Shown piece after piece: positions 17,233 through 26,133 of a stretch of 64,000 bases of DNA. The position numbers and the translations under genes were made by a program. Numbering within the stretch: the stretch's first letter is position 1; every line of letters begins with the position of its first letter. The notes beneath the pieces were generated by a model. That model saw nothing but the letters and a program-made list of their open reading frames with translations. It ran no database searches and was not told the origin of the DNA. The stretch is from Betaproteobacteria bacterium UBA5216 (GTDB taxonomy: Bacteria; Pseudomonadota; Gammaproteobacteria; Burkholderiales; SG8-41), in the NCBI GenBank assembly GCA_002412495.1, contig DHVE01000066.1:18736-82735 (forward strand), read 5' to 3'.

Positions 17233-18006
17233 ATGGAACTGAATCTCAATGGCAAGACCGCGCTGATCACCGGCGGCTCGCGCGGCATCGGCTTCGGCGC
17301 GGCGCGCGTGCTCGCATCCGAAGGCTGCAACGTGCACATCACCTCGCGTACGGCAGCCGATCTGGAAACCGCCAAAAAGAAAATCACCGATGCCTACAAG
17401 GTTAACGTGACCTGCCACCCGTGCGATCTGGGCGCGGAAGGCGCGGCCGAGAAACTGGCGAAGGAAGTCGGCGACATCGATTTTCTGGTGAACAACGCCG
17501 GCGCGATTCCGCAGGGCACCGTGGTCAGCCTCGACGAAAAAACCTGGCGCAAGGCGTGGGATCTGAAAGTGTGGGGTTTTATCAATTTGACGCGTGAGTA
17601 TTACGCGCGCATGGCGAAAAAGAAATCCGGCGTGATCGTCAACGTGATCGGCGCGGCGGGCGAGCGTCATTCGTCGGGCTACATCGCGGGCAGCATGGGC
17701 AACGCGAGCCTGATGGCGCTGTCGCGCGCGCTGGGCGCGGACAGCCACAAGGACGGCATCCGCGTGGTGGGCATCAACCCCGGCGCGATTGAAACCGACC
17801 GGCAAGTAGTGCGCTGGCGCGCACGCGCGGAAAAAGAACTGGGCAGCGCGGACCGCTGGCGCGAGCTGGTAACCGATCACCCGTTCCAGCGGCTCGGCAC
17901 GGTGGATGAGATCGCCAACATGGTGGCGTTTCTGTGCTCTCCGGCGTCGGGCTACACCACGGGCTGCGTGATCACCATCGACGGCGGTTCGTCGCACACG
18001 AAATAA
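17233..18006 (+). CDS. SDR family oxidoreductase
   Basis: It has the TGGSRGIG dinucleotide-binding motif and an NNAG motif. The start was set to ATG 17233 (MELNLNGK..), because the 110-codon upstream extension has no coding character. Confidence 0.85.
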   Translation: MELNLNGKTALITGGSRGIGFGAARVLASEGCNVHITSRTAADLETAKKKITDAYKVNVTCHPCDLGAEGAAEKLAKEVGDIDFLVNNAGAIPQGTVVSLDEKTWRKAWDLKVWGFINLTREYYARMAKKKSGVIVNVIGAAGERHSSGYIAGSMGNASLMALSRALGADSHKDGIRVVGINPGAIETDRQVVRWRARAEKELGSADRWRELVTDHPFQRLGTVDEIANMVAFLCSPASGYTTGCVITIDGGSSHTK

Positions 18007-18106
18007 GCACTGGCGTGACGGGACGTGTCGGGCATCGACTGTTCCGCGCGCAATCCCATGGGATGCGGCGCCGTTTGCAACTTCGCAATCGGAATCCGGA
18101 GCGTTC

Positions 18107-19075
18107 ATGACCAACCGTCTCGTTTTCGTTCTGTTTGTGCTGTGGGGTTGCACCTTGTCCGCCCCGCCGGCGCAGGCGCAACCGTATCCGGCCAAGGCCA
18201 TCCGCTTTATCGTGCCGTATCCGCCGGGCGGCGGCACCGATCTGTTTGCCCGCACACTGGCGCCGGCCCTGTCGGAAGGTTTCGGGCAGCAGGTCGTGGT
18301 GGAAAACCGCGCCGGTGCGCAAGGTAACATCGGCGTCGCCGCTGTTGCCAAGGCCACACCCGATGGCTACACCATCGGCCTTACGGACACCTCGACGCTG
18401 ACGATGAATCCGTGGCTCTACGCCAATCCTGGCTTTCATCCGCTCAACGAGTTTTCGCATATCAGTCTTGGCGTGACGTACCCGAACGCGGTGGTAATTC
18501 ACCCCAGCGTACCGGCGAAAAGCCTAAAGGAACTGGCCGCACTGGCACGCGCACGGCCCAATGAATTGACGTTTGCATCCGCCAGCGCGCTGAGCCAGTT
18601 GACGGGAGAGCACTTCAAGATTCTGACCGGCGTAAAAATGCTGCACATACCCTACAAGGGGGCCGGGCCAGCGACCATTGACCTCGTGGGCGGACACGTC
18701 AACGTGATGTTCGCCACCGCCGCTTCATCAGTGCCCATGATACGCGCGGGCAAAACGCGCGCGATCGCGGTGACGGGGCCCGCGCGCATTCCCGCGCTGC
18801 CCAACGTGCCTACATCGGCTGAAGCCGGTTATCCGAATTTCGAAGTGGTCGGCTGGTTCGCGCTGGCCGCGCCGCCCAACACGCCCAGGGAAATTCTTGC
18901 GCGACTGAACCGCGAAGTCCGACGTGCCCTCGGCGTGCCTGCCATTGCCGAAAGCCTGGTGACGGCCGGACTGGATCCGAAAAGCACGTCGCCCGAGGAG
19001 ATGACCGCGCTGGTGAAAGCCGATCTCGCGCGCTGGGGCAACGTGGTCAAAGCCGTCGGCATACTACCGCAGTAA
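18107..19075 (+). CDS. Bug family (TctC-like) substrate-binding protein
   Basis: Signal peptide (..APPAQAQ), plus the motifs ENRAGAQGNIG, TPDGYT and IPYKGAGP. GGAG lies upstream. Confidence 0.85.
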   Translation: MTNRLVFVLFVLWGCTLSAPPAQAQPYPAKAIRFIVPYPPGGGTDLFARTLAPALSEGFGQQVVVENRAGAQGNIGVAAVAKATPDGYTIGLTDTSTLTMNPWLYANPGFHPLNEFSHISLGVTYPNAVVIHPSVPAKSLKELAALARARPNELTFASASALSQLTGEHFKILTGVKMLHIPYKGAGPATIDLVGGHVNVMFATAASSVPMIRAGKTRAIAVTGPARIPALPNVPTSAEAGYPNFEVVGWFALAAPPNTPREILARLNREVRRALGVPAIAESLVTAGLDPKSTSPEEMTALVKADLARWGNVVKAVGILPQ

Positions 19076-19080
19076 TCAAC

Positions 19081-19105
19081 CGCGAAAGCCCGGAGGGCCT
19101 TCGCG
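19081..19105. terminator. GC hairpin between convergent genes (no U-tract)
   Basis: cgcgaaagccc-gga-gggccttcgcg forms an 11-bp stem with one mismatch. Confidence 0.35.
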
Positions 19106-19112
19106 CCTCGTG

Positions 19113-19745
19113 CTACGCCGCGCGCTGATAACGTTTCAGCACCACGCGTAGCACATCGCCCAGATGCGGATGCATCTGCTTGGTCCACGGCGTAAAGGCC
19201 GCTTCTTTCCACGCCGCGGATGCGCAGGCTTCCGGCGATTCAATTTCATAAACGCCGATGCAGTTGTGCGTGCCCGCATAGGAAATAAAATGCCGCGCGG
19301 AGACACAGCCCGGCACTTTGCTCAAGCGCGGAATGTGCTCTTCGCGATACCAGCGTTTCACTTCTTCCAGCGCATCCGGTTTAACGTTGCACGCGAAGAT
19401 CATCAGATTCGGCGTGGTGTTGCGCGCGACCTCATCGCCCGGCACGAGTTGTTCGCCCTCGATACGCAGCAACCGCTGCGCCTTGGCCGTCATGCGCTTG
19501 CTCCAAGGTGACAGATTCTCGCGCGCAATCGCCTTGTATTCCGGGCTGTGCAACACCGCATGCGATTCCAGATCGTAGGTCGCAATCGCCACCTTGGGAT
19601 CATCCACGCCGACCCAGCGCACGCAATTGATGAAGCCTTTGCAGCGCTGCCGCTCGGGCAGATGCTCGGTGTCATACCAATCGTTGAATTCGCCCGCATC
19701 CACCATGCTGTAGTTGAAGCCCGCCGCCAATAATCCTTTTGCCAT
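19113..19745 (-). CDS. hypothetical protein with a tandem W-Y-x-(x)-E-H-(L/I)-P motif, possibly EthD/DUF4286-like ferredoxin-fold repeats
   Basis: AGGAGA precedes the ATG. The two ~100-aa halves each contain WYDTEHLP or WYREEHIP. The fold assignment is only a guess. Confidence 0.6.
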   Translation of the reverse strand: MAKGLLAAGFNYSMVDAGEFNDWYDTEHLPERQRCKGFINCVRWVGVDDPKVAIATYDLESHAVLHSPEYKAIARENLSPWSKRMTAKAQRLLRIEGEQLVPGDEVARNTTPNLMIFACNVKPDALEEVKRWYREEHIPRLSKVPGCVSARHFISYAGTHNCIGVYEIESPEACASAAWKEAAFTPWTKQMHPHLGDVLRVVLKRYQRAA

Positions 19746-19754
19746 ACTGTTCTC

Positions 19755-20723
19755 CTAATCGACTCGAATGTTTGCAGACTTCACCACCGGCGCCCACTTC
19801 GCGATTTCCGCGCGTATGTGCTCGCCGAACTTTTCGGGCGGACCGCCCATCGGCTCATAGCCGTTTTCGATCATGCGTTTTTTCATTTCCGGCGTGCTGA
19901 TGATGCGATTGAATTCGCTGTTCAAGCGCCGCACGATGTCGGGCGGCGTGCCGGCCGGCGCGAGTTGCCCGTTCCATGAGGTCACGTCGTACCCCGCGAT
20001 GCCGGTTTCCTGCACCGTGGGCAGCTCCGGCATCGCCAGCGCGCGCTTGGCGCTGGTGACGGCGATGGCTTTCATCTTGCCGCTTTTCACGTGCTGAATA
20101 ATGGTCGCCGGCTCGCCGAAAATCATCGCGATTTCGCCGCCCATCAACGCAATCGCCGCCGGTCCGCCGCCCTTGTATGGCACGTGCGTCAGCGGCGCGC
20201 CAGTCAGTGACGCGAAAAACGCGCCCGCCAGATGATTGATCGCGCCGTTGCCGCTCGACCCATAGGTGAATTGATCGGGCTTTGATTTTGCCAAGGCGAT
20301 GATGTCCTTCGGCGTCTTGACCGGCAGCGACGGATGCACCACCACCACCTGCGGCACCGAGGCCGTCCAGATCAGCGGCGCGAAATCGCTTTCCTTGAAC
20401 GGCATCCTGCGATAGATGTGCGGGTTGATCGAGTGTGTGCCCGAATAAGCAAACACGATGGTGTAGCCGTCCGGCGGCGATTTCGCCGCGATCTCCGCAC
20501 CGATGTTACCGGCGGCGCCGCCGCGGTTATCCACCACGACGGTTTGCCCCAGCGCCTCGGCCAGCGACGGCTGCAGGATGCGCGCCAGCACGTCCGCGCC
20601 GCCACCCGGCGGCCACGGAACGATCCAGCGGATGGTTTTGGCGGGCCAGGCTTGGGCCAGCACGCTACTCGCACCAGCCGCGAACACCATCGCCGCCGCA
20701 CAACGGGCAATCATTGTTTTCAT
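19755..20723 (-). CDS. Bug family (TctC-like) substrate-binding protein
   Basis: Signal peptide (..SSVLAQA), plus the motifs DNRGGAAGNIG, PPDGYT and VPYKGGGP. Its ATG overlaps the upstream stop (ATGA). Confidence 0.85.
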   Translation of the reverse strand: MKTMIARCAAAMVFAAGASSVLAQAWPAKTIRWIVPWPPGGGADVLARILQPSLAEALGQTVVVDNRGGAAGNIGAEIAAKSPPDGYTIVFAYSGTHSINPHIYRRMPFKESDFAPLIWTASVPQVVVVHPSLPVKTPKDIIALAKSKPDQFTYGSSGNGAINHLAGAFFASLTGAPLTHVPYKGGGPAAIALMGGEIAMIFGEPATIIQHVKSGKMKAIAVTSAKRALAMPELPTVQETGIAGYDVTSWNGQLAPAGTPPDIVRRLNSEFNRIISTPEMKKRMIENGYEPMGGPPEKFGEHIRAEIAKWAPVVKSANIRVD

Positions 20724-21244
20724 GTCGGTTGCTCCTCGTTCACATTCACATAGCGCTTGGACGCGGGCGTATAGATTGCCACATCCGGCGACAATGCCGG
20801 AACTGCGTGCTTACTCACCACCGCGATGCCGCGATACGGCGTTGATCGATCAATGCCCGCGACCGTGAGCCACGTCATCGACAACGCGGCCAGCGCCGCA
20901 TCCGGCGCATCGCGATCCACGACCAGCAGCACCTGCCCCGCATTCACCTCGGGGGCGCGCACCAACCCATCAAACAAATTACGCCGGTACCATTGTTTAT
21001 CGATCAACGGCAGCCACTCGCCCATGCCGCGTACGCTCAAGTAATACTCGCCCTTGAACACATCCGCATTGGCCACGCCATACATGGCGAGCGATGGCGG
21101 ATGGCCAGGATGCGTAGTGGTGAAGCGCTGCGCCGAAAACACACCGGGTACCGTGGCCATAATGCGCAGGTGCTCTAAGTACCACTGCGACCAGTCGGCT
21201 TCGCGCGCGCGGTCAGTGATGCCACTTTGGCTGTTGAAAATCAT
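20720..21244 (-). CDS. hypothetical protein, a paralogue-like relative of 19113-19745 (WYLEHL motif)
   Basis: The start was set to ATG 21244 (MIFNSQ..). It has WSQWYLEHL near the N-terminus and a degenerate second copy, QWYRRNL. It is translationally coupled to the downstream Bug gene. Confidence 0.55.
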   Translation of the reverse strand: MIFNSQSGITDRAREADWSQWYLEHLRIMATVPGVFSAQRFTTTHPGHPPSLAMYGVANADVFKGEYYLSVRGMGEWLPLIDKQWYRRNLFDGLVRAPEVNAGQVLLVVDRDAPDAALAALSMTWLTVAGIDRSTPYRGIAVVSKHAVPALSPDVAIYTPASKRYVNVNEEQPT

Positions 21245-21287
21245 GGGGATCTGCTTCACGTATGCGCGTGACGCGCTCCAAGAAACG

Positions 21288-21366
21288 CCTTCCCCTTCAG
21301 GGGTAAGGCGGGTATGGGGGTGGGGCAGCATTCCCCGGCCCCCACCCTACCCGCCAGGGCAGGGAA
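21288..21366. repeat. G/C-run palindromic intergenic element
   Basis: It contains ccttcccc-ttc-aggggtaagg and ggcgggtatgggggtgggg..cccccaccctacccgcc hairpins. The first hairpin resembles the central ttcccc-aa-ggggaagg of repeat copy C. Confidence 0.55.
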
Positions 21367-21406
21367 TTAAATTGCGGTGGCGGATAGGCTTCTCTGCTCC
21401 ATCACA

Positions 21407-22171
21407 CTACGCCGACCGCAGCTTGCGCGCCGGCTTTTTGCGCGCATCGGGCTCCGACAATTTACGCAACAGGCTGCCGCAATCCATGATTTTCGGATCG
21501 ACACCCATCACGTCATACGCCTGCCACGCCGATGCCTGCACCGCCGAATACACCGGCTTGCCCAGATCGCGCTCCAGTTGATCGAGCACTTCGAGCGCGC
21601 GCAATTGCGTGCAAGCCACGAACACGGCTTCGGATTTGGGCGTGGTGATTTCCTTCACCTTGCGGTAAATCTCTTCGGGCTGAATCTTGGCGTGATCAAA
21701 CATGTCGAGCATGTCGAAGGTGCCGAGTTTCACAACATCGATGCCGTGTGCTTTCAGGAAATGTTTCAGGCGTTCGTTGGTCACTTCAACATACGGCGTG
21801 ACGATATCCACTTTCTTGAAGCCACCCGCCTGCAAACACGCCGCCATGCCGCCGGCGGTGGTCACCGTCGGCGCCTTGGTGATCGCAGTCAGTTGTTCGC
21901 AGATTTTTTTGTTCCACGTCGGGCCTTCAAAAAAGCTGCCGCTGGTGCAGCCATAGACCACCACATCCGGCTCGATCATGCCCACATCGGTGGCGGCTGC
22001 CTTGCTGGCGTCTTCCATGCCGCGCAACGTCTCCGGGGTACCATGGCGCCCGCCCGCGATGCGCGCGGTATGCACCGACACGCCCGGCGGCGCGATTTTC
22101 CAGAACTCGGTCTCCATGGTGGTGTTGATCGAGGGTACCAGCAAGCCTATGCGTCCGCGCCATCCGTACAT
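21407..22171 (-). CDS. maleate cis-trans isomerase / Asp-Glu-hydantoin racemase superfamily protein
   Basis: The N-terminus RIGLLVPSINTT and two cysteine motifs (YGCTSGS and VACTQLRA) are spaced as in maleate isomerases. AGGAGA lies upstream. Confidence 0.75.
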   Translation of the reverse strand: MYGWRGRIGLLVPSINTTMETEFWKIAPPGVSVHTARIAGGRHGTPETLRGMEDASKAAATDVGMIEPDVVVYGCTSGSFFEGPTWNKKICEQLTAITKAPTVTTAGGMAACLQAGGFKKVDIVTPYVEVTNERLKHFLKAHGIDVVKLGTFDMLDMFDHAKIQPEEIYRKVKEITTPKSEAVFVACTQLRALEVLDQLERDLGKPVYSAVQASAWQAYDVMGVDPKIMDCGSLLRKLSEPDARKKPARKLRSA

Positions 22172-22230
22172 GTCTTTTCTCCTGAAAACGTTAATAATGC
22201 ATCAATTTATAAGCGTGACCACGCAGACTG

Positions 22231-23223
22231 TCAAACCCGCATCGTAATCACTACCTTGCCCAGCACCTTGCGATCCTGCACCGTGTGCAGCGCCTTCAGG
22301 TAATCCCGCATCGGGTAAGCTGCCATGACCAGCGGTTTGATCTTGCCTTGCTGATATAAATCAAACAGTTGTTCATAGGCGCCGCGCACCACCTCCGGCG
22401 TGCGTTCGCGGTAATCGCTGCTTTGCAGACCGATCAGCGAAATGTTTTTCACCAGCAGGTAACCTGCTTTCACTTCGGGAATACGCCCGCCGGCAAAACC
22501 GATGATCACCAGCCGCCCGCACCACGCCATGACGCGCAGGCTGGCATCGAATACGTCACCACCGACGTTTTCGAGCACCAGATCAATGCCGCGTTTTCCC
22601 ACCGCGTTAAACACCTGCTTGCGAAAATTTTCACGCAACTCGGGTACGTCGGTGCGCACCACATGGTCTGCGCCATTCTCGCGGGCGATACGCGCCTTCT
22701 CCTCCGAACTCACCGCCGCCACCACCACCGCGCCCAGCGCCTTCGCGAGTTGCACGCAAGCTAGCCCGACACCGCCCGCCGCGCCAGTGACCAGCACGGT
22801 TTCACCCGGCTGCAGATGCGCGCGCTCGACCATCGCGTTGTGCGCGGTCAGATACACGAGGCCCATCGCGGCGCCATCCTCGAAACGCATGCTGGCGGGC
22901 ATGACAAAACACAGCACCTCGCGCACCACCGCGCGCTCGGCAAATGCGCCGTGCTCGATCTGCGCTAGCACGCGATCACCGACCTTCACGCGCGTAACGC
23001 CCTCGCCCACCGCAGTCACCACGCCCGCGAGATCCTTACCGGGCACAAACGGGCGCGGCGGCAAATTCTGATACGTGCCGCCGATCACCAGCAGGTCGGG
23101 AAAATTCACGCTCGCGGCGTGTACATCCACCAGCACTTCGCCCTTGCCGGGCTTGGGATCGGGAAACTCGCCCAGTGAAAGTTTTTCCAGTGGACCGTGT
23201 TCGGTTACGATAAGTGCTTTCAT
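22231..23223 (-). CDS. NADPH:quinone oxidoreductase-like medium-chain dehydrogenase/reductase
   Basis: It has the GAAGGVG cofactor motif and a zeta-crystallin-like layout. Confidence 0.85.
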   Translation of the reverse strand: MKALIVTEHGPLEKLSLGEFPDPKPGKGEVLVDVHAASVNFPDLLVIGGTYQNLPPRPFVPGKDLAGVVTAVGEGVTRVKVGDRVLAQIEHGAFAERAVVREVLCFVMPASMRFEDGAAMGLVYLTAHNAMVERAHLQPGETVLVTGAAGGVGLACVQLAKALGAVVVAAVSSEEKARIARENGADHVVRTDVPELRENFRKQVFNAVGKRGIDLVLENVGGDVFDASLRVMAWCGRLVIIGFAGGRIPEVKAGYLLVKNISLIGLQSSDYRERTPEVVRGAYEQLFDLYQQGKIKPLVMAAYPMRDYLKALHTVQDRKVLGKVVITMRV

Positions 23224-23264
23224 TTAAGTGTTTGTTTTTAAAAATATTTATTGGACAGCAATGG

Positions 23265-24254
23265 TTATAGTTGCCCTGACTCCTGCGACTGGCGCGCGTA
23301 CCACGTGAGCCCGAACTGGGTCGCGAGGCGGTCGCGCGCAAACGCATCATTACCCATCTCGGCGGCATTTTTATAAAGCTCGACGGCTCGATCAATATCA
23401 ACCGGCCCTGCGTGGCCCGCTTCGCACATTTTCCCGAGTTCGCGCATCGCCTCGGTGAAACCGGCATCGGCGCCACGTTCGTAGTGCGCGCGCGCGGCGG
23501 CAAGATCCACTGCGCCGCCTTCGCCGAGGCGGCAGCGATCACCGAGCCACACATGCGCGTCGGCATCGCCCTCTTCGGCGAGCCGCGTGTAGAGTGTGAC
23601 GCGCTCCGCAAGCGGCGCGTCCGACTCGTCGAGCAGTTCCGCGAGAACCTTGCATGCACGCACGCGTTCGGACGGCATCAGCGGTCCCGATCCCGCCAGC
23701 GTGGCACGCGCATACTCCAACGCCCGCACCGGTTCTTCGTGACGCAAGGTATCGGCAAGCCAAAGTGTCGCCGCCGTCCAACCCGCCGCGTGCGCGCGCT
23801 TGAGCCAAGCGAACCCTTCTGCTTGGGGATCGGCGGCACCCGGCAAGCAGCCGAAAGCATCATCCCGCGTCGCAATGAGCACACCGCCCCTATCGCGCAT
23901 GCCCATGCGATATAGCCTGCCCACCGCAAGCTGCGCCCAAGGCACGCCCGAGCGCGCGGCGGCGAACACCGCGCGGGATTGCTCGTCCGGGTAGTCGCCA
24001 CTGGTGATATTCGACAAAAGCGGACCCACGTCGCCGAGCGCCGCGAGCTTTACGCTCCATTCAAAAGACGCTTCGCGCGCCATGCCATCCGCGAGATCTT
24101 TGATCGCATCAAGATGCCCGGCCTCTGCCGCCTCGGTGATGAGCGCCAGGCCGCGCTGGTAGCGTGCGTCGTCCTCCTCGCCCTGCTCGTTCCAGTTGGG
24201 CAGCAGCGCGAGTCCCTCACGGTAGCGCTCGCCGGGTGTGGCGGATGAACTCAT
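23265..24254 (-). CDS. Sel1/TPR-like repeat protein
   Basis: It contains repeated ~36-aa helical units (AEAGHLDAIKDLADG, AHAAGWTAATLWLAD, AEEGDADAHVWLGDR, ADAGFTEAMRELGKM, AEMGNDAFARDRLA). No signal peptide is present. Confidence 0.6.
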   Translation of the reverse strand: MSSSATPGERYREGLALLPNWNEQGEEDDARYQRGLALITEAAEAGHLDAIKDLADGMAREASFEWSVKLAALGDVGPLLSNITSGDYPDEQSRAVFAAARSGVPWAQLAVGRLYRMGMRDRGGVLIATRDDAFGCLPGAADPQAEGFAWLKRAHAAGWTAATLWLADTLRHEEPVRALEYARATLAGSGPLMPSERVRACKVLAELLDESDAPLAERVTLYTRLAEEGDADAHVWLGDRCRLGEGGAVDLAAARAHYERGADAGFTEAMRELGKMCEAGHAGPVDIDRAVELYKNAAEMGNDAFARDRLATQFGLTWYARQSQESGQL

Positions 24255-24283
24255 GATACGTTGACTATCGTGCGTCGAGAGTC

Positions 24284-25420
24284 TCAGGGTTTCCGATCCA
24301 GCAGATCATTCGATTCGCCCAGACGCGGATAACCCGCGCTTTCTTCAGCCCCGCGAAACCGGTCCGCCACCGGTACCGGCAGCGCGATGATGGTTTTTCC
24401 ATCGGCGCTAACCTTGTTGCTGAACACGCCGCGCGCCTTGAAGTGCGGATCATCGAGCGCCTCTTGCATGCTAGCCACCACGCAGCAGCACAAATCTTTT
24501 CCCGCAAAAATGGATTGCCACTCGGCGGCGGTTTTTTCGCGCAGACGCTTCGATACCGCACGTTTGGTGGCGGCGGTGTCTTTTGAGTCGTCGCGATACG
24601 CCGCGTCGAGTTGAATGGCGTCGCAAAAATTCTCCCAGAACTTTTGCTCCAGCGGCGCCGCCGCGATGAATTTATCGTCGCGCGTGCGATACACAAAAAA
24701 CCGCGGACTGCCGCCGGTAACCAGCTCGCCGCCCGGCTTGGGCCATTCGCCCGCCGCAAGGCCATTGCCCATCGCCCAATACAAGAACGTGAACAGGTTG
24801 TCGCCCATGGCGATATCGAGCTTGCATCCCTGGCCACTGGCGTCGCGTGCGCGCAACGCCAGTAAGATGTTGATCACCGCCGGATAGGTGCCGCCGCCAA
24901 TATCGGCGATCAGCGCGGGCGGCACAATGGGCGCGCCGTCTTCGCCCGCCGCCAGCGACAGCATGCCGGATTCAGCCACGTAGTTGATGTCGTGCGCGGC
25001 GACTTCGGCGCGCGGGCCGGTCTGGCCATAGCCGGTAATCGCGCAGTAAATAATTTTCGGGTTGATGGCTCTCAATGCGTCGTAGCCCAAACCCAGACGA
25101 TCCATCACGCCGGGGCGGAATTGTTCGACCACCACGTCGGCATCTTTAATCAGTGGCAGCAGCGACTCGCGCGCCTTGGCGTCCTTGAGATCAATGGCGA
25201 TGCTTTTTTTGCCGCGATTCAGCATCGCGAAGTTGACGCTGTCCGCGCCGAACTTCGGCACGTATGAACGCATCTCGTCGCCGCGTCCGGGACGTTCGAT
25301 TTTGATCACTTCGGCACCGGCCTCTGCAAGAATCAGCGTGGCGAGCGGGCCCGGCAGCAGGGTGCTGAAATCCAGCACCTTGATGCCGGCAAGCGGTTGT
25401 TGCGTTTTGATGTTTGCCAT
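24284..25420 (-). CDS. CaiB/BaiF family III CoA-transferase
   Basis: The N-terminus is GIKVLDFSTLLPGPLATLILAEAGAEVIKIERP. The start was set to ATG 25420 (MANIKT..), because the upstream extension is Arg-rich junk. Confidence 0.85.
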   Translation of the reverse strand: MANIKTQQPLAGIKVLDFSTLLPGPLATLILAEAGAEVIKIERPGRGDEMRSYVPKFGADSVNFAMLNRGKKSIAIDLKDAKARESLLPLIKDADVVVEQFRPGVMDRLGLGYDALRAINPKIIYCAITGYGQTGPRAEVAAHDINYVAESGMLSLAAGEDGAPIVPPALIADIGGGTYPAVINILLALRARDASGQGCKLDIAMGDNLFTFLYWAMGNGLAAGEWPKPGGELVTGGSPRFFVYRTRDDKFIAAAPLEQKFWENFCDAIQLDAAYRDDSKDTAATKRAVSKRLREKTAAEWQSIFAGKDLCCCVVASMQEALDDPHFKARGVFSNKVSADGKTIIALPVPVADRFRGAEESAGYPRLGESNDLLDRKP

Positions 25421-25430
25421 AAATGCAGTT

Positions 25431-26132
25431 TCAGTCCCCGTTGCCGGGCGGTATTGGAAACAACGCGTCGCTTTGCGACTGCTGCTGCGCGACCGCGCGC
25501 GCGTGTGCGACCCGCGCGCGGCGTGAGGGTGCGTACGCCGCATCACCATAGGCCTCGAACAATTCCTCCGTCACTTCAAAGTGATACGCCAGCCCGGTGC
25601 GTTCCAGCAGCGAAATCGGTCCTTCGGGATAACCCAGGCCGAGCTTCAAGGTGGTGTCGAGATCATCCGCCGTGGCAAGACCTTCATCGAGCCGCGTCAA
25701 GGCGGCGTTGTAGTACGGACGCACCAGACGGTCGATAATACGTCCCGAAAAATCGCCGCAGGCCGCCACCTGCAACCCGGCGTTTTCAAAAATGCTTTTC
25801 GCCACCGCGAGGGCGGTATCGCTGGTTCGCGGCTGGCGCACCAGTTCCACCAAATTTGTCGGCGCCGCCGTGCCCAGACGAAATCGCGCGAAGCCCAGCA
25901 CGTTGCCTCCTTCCGTGCCGCGCGATTCGCCCGTATGCACGCCTAGGCATTCGCCGTTCAATTCGATCAGCACCGCAGTTTTCGTTGCAGCGTCGCGCAG
26001 TTCCCGAAACGCCTTGCCGGACTCTGCGCCGAGGATCACCACTGCGTCATCGTTGCGAGCGGCGTTTTTCAGCAAGGCGTGATCGTCCTCGAAACCATTG
26101 CTGTTGCCGGTATTAATGATGCTGTAGGTCAT
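25431..26132 (-). CDS. 3-hydroxyacyl-CoA dehydrogenase family protein lacking the N-terminal GxGxxG motif
   Basis: The C-terminal two-thirds aligns by eye with Hbd-type enzymes (..LVELV.. TSD.. GFI/GRIIDRL.. LGLGYPEGP..). The N-terminal ~60 aa have no Rossmann glycine motif. The ATG at 26132 lies 1 nt from the stop of the upstream hbd-like gene. Confidence 0.65.
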   Translation of the reverse strand: MTYSIINTGNSNGFEDDHALLKNAARNDDAVVILGAESGKAFRELRDAATKTAVLIELNGECLGVHTGESRGTEGGNVLGFARFRLGTAAPTNLVELVRQPRTSDTALAVAKSIFENAGLQVAACGDFSGRIIDRLVRPYYNAALTRLDEGLATADDLDTTLKLGLGYPEGPISLLERTGLAYHFEVTEELFEAYGDAAYAPSRRARVAHARAVAQQQSQSDALFPIPPGNGD

Positions 26133-26133
26133 G

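Noticed and set aside
17212-18357. 381-aa ORF on the minus strand overlapping the SDR and Bug genes
   Set aside because: It is antisense to two well-supported genes. The translation is Arg/Ala/Gly-rich with no motifs. This is a typical shadow ORF of high-GC DNA.
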